From contig OZ024755.1 in assembly GCA_964016885.1 (NCBI GenBank), positions 124,001 to 188,000 on the forward strand: 64,000 bases of DNA. The letters are read 5' to 3'. Below are positions 1-64,000 of the stretch, one piece after another; position 1 is the stretch's first letter; every line of letters starts with the position of its first letter. The position numbers and the translations under genes are program-made. The notes below the pieces were generated by a model, which worked only from the letters and a program-made list of their open reading frames with translations, searched no databases and had not been told where the DNA came from. Origin of the DNA: Eledone cirrhosa. Taxonomy: Eukaryota.

Positions 1-26
1 AGACAGAAGCAAAGAAAAGCTAATAC

Positions 27-62003
<61,977 letters not shown>

Positions 62004-62683
62004 CTGTTGAATCAATGACAAATATCACAAGTAGTAACTTGAAACAAGATAACTCAGGATTTATAAATATAACAGTTAAACAACAACAACAAAAGTCTGG
62101 CAAAGATCAATAAATGTTTAAACTGAAAGATCATAAGCAAAACCAATTCAACAAACATTGAATTTTAACACTTTTGATATCAACCCACCTGAAACAGCCT
62201 CTGGTTCTATAACACAAAACTGTTTGTTTTAAAGTGTTTATATTTATAACAGGAGTTGTGACCAGTAGATAGTAACAGCAATAGAAAGACAGATGGAAAC
62301 ATTGTTTCCTTGGTCTGATTTGACAAGTTCTACACCACTCGCTAAGCGAATAAGGTCTGGGGTCTTGATATATTTATCTAAAACCTTCTTACAATTTTAT
62401 GTTAGTTTTCAAAGATCAGCTTAATAATGAAAAGTTTGTTGTATTATTAAATCCCTTAACATCTTTTGATTATTTAAAACATTAATTGAAAATCATAGGC
62501 AGTATCTTCATTAGAAATAATAATTAATTAGTTAACATAAACTAAATGATTTTAATATACTTTATTTGACATTTGAAATAAAAGATTCTGTTAAAAAAGA
62601 CACTACAGGTATCATACAGAGAAGTGGGAAGAACTATGAGGGTGGTGAGTGGAGTTGAAGTATATCTAGTGTAAAATCATTAA

Positions 62684-62925
62684 CCCTTTAAATACTAACT
62701 CTTCCAAAACTGCTGCTAATAAATTTAATTTTCACATTTAAATTCACATCTTGAACTGAAATCACATTATTACATATCAGATAATATTAGATTCTAGTAG
62801 TTAAATATTGTTATAAAGTTGAAAAAAGTTGGTTATTTCGCTAAACCCTTCTTAATTCTTGATTATTTTGGTAATTAAATACACAAAGACAGAATATTCT
62901 TGTTAGAAATATAATAATGAAAGGG
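62684..62925. mobile_element. TTAA-flanked piggyBac-type MITE; related pieces near 8012, 13203, 21830, 25205, 29215, 33620, 59385 and 62165
   Basis: TTAA|cccttt ... aaaggg|TTAA. The recurrent end motif ttagaaatatggtaatgaaagggttaa appears elsewhere in the window. Confidence 0.65.
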
Positions 62926-63363
62926 TTAATCTTTGGAGCACTGCCAGGCCAATATATCTAATTTGATAACAAAAACACAATACATTGGTGATATATTAGC
63001 ATAAAATGTAATGATCTTCATACGGATTTTCTATTTCTACTGTTTTTGACAATCTAGAGTTTGGTTTTTGCTATATAGTAAAAGAAAGGCCACTGTGTTA
63101 ATAGGGTTAATAATGGAAAATAGGAAAACAAAAATTTGTTAAATCAAACAAAAACAGTCATCTAAGAGAAGAAAAATAAAATTTATAAAACTATTGAAAT
63201 ACCATTTGATTGTATTGTTCTGGTTAGTTGGGAGCTGGAATATACGGTTGTTTTGTACTCTTTGAAAGTATTCTCTACTAAGAACAACTAACTTGAAATT
63301 ACAGAAGGCATGGATGAATCACTTTCTTAAGACAACTAACTATTCATTAAAGAATGTAATCTA

Positions 63364-63756
63364 TGAGAGCAATCCCAAAAGTAAGGTCTCTTTCCGATAT
63401 TGCAACTTTTCCATTAAAATCCTGTGGATGGTGCTTCGGGAAACCTCAGGAACCAAAATGCAGAGAGCATCCAGAGTGATCCGCCGATCTTTACACATAT
63501 TTTACTCGGAAGGAGACCTTTCTTTTGGGATTGCCCTCTATATAATAACTGCGTGAAATTCGCACTTGGCGGTAGCGTTCAACGAGAGCTCCATTCTCAA
63601 CGGCCGCCAAGCCAAGATTGAGCATCCCAGCGAAGCGCGCGCATGCTTGTTTGGGAGTGAAGGAAGCACCAATCACAACAGTGTTGCCAACAACCGTACG
63701 AACAGTTTCTCTGCATCCCCATCGCTTTGAAGACTTTACTTTTGGGATTACCCTCG
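63364..63756. mobile_element. Mariner-derived non-autonomous element with three TIR copies
   Basis: Left TIR ta|tgagagcaatcccaaaagtaaggtctc. Inverted copies at 63513-63541 and 63730-63756|TA. Confidence 0.8.
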
Positions 63757-64000
63757 TATTTTGGATTTTTCCTGGTGATAAACGTTGTTATTTGTTCAAA
63801 TTAGTAAATTCATTAGTTAATTCTTAGACCTTTTCCTTGAATCAATAAAAGAGTCAGAATGTAGTTAATACAAAGAAAACATTGTCAAACTAGTTTTCGA
63901 AAAGTTATTGTAATCAATGAAATGTTCATAGGAAAATTCTAACTTTATCGGAGGTTAAATCTAAAAGTTTAAAGTTTGTCTCGAACCCAGAGACTCATCA

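Overview
This is AT-rich, microsatellite-dense eukaryotic genomic DNA. The SINE/RTE repertoire suggests a coleoid cephalopod (octopus-like), which is an inference. The whole window lies inside one minus-strand gene, a kinesin-3 of the KIF13A/B (Khc-73) family. Seven GT-AG exons (62003-61867, 47930-47821, 43532-43386, 35961-35784, 10392-10230, 7960-7814, 170-27) splice with consistent phases. Together they give one open frame covering the FHA domain, the coiled-coil stalk and the start of the following conserved stalk region. The motor domain and tail are outside the window. The introns carry tRNA-derived SINEs, RTE-clade LINE 3' fragments, mariner, piggyBac and pogo-type derivatives, non-autonomous Helitrons, one LTR with a tRNA-Trp primer site, and a 34-copy 59-bp minisatellite. 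Most ORFs in the supplied track are microsatellite artefacts. The best leads are: frame-preserving cassette or micro-exon candidates in the variable linker intron; a Helitron carrying a CTCF-consensus motif next to tandem RFX-like motifs; scattered X-box matches; a PHD-type finger inside an RTE reverse transcriptase; decayed hammerhead-like motifs; and an inverted repeat pair flanking the FHA exon. All calls were made by eye, with no database searches.
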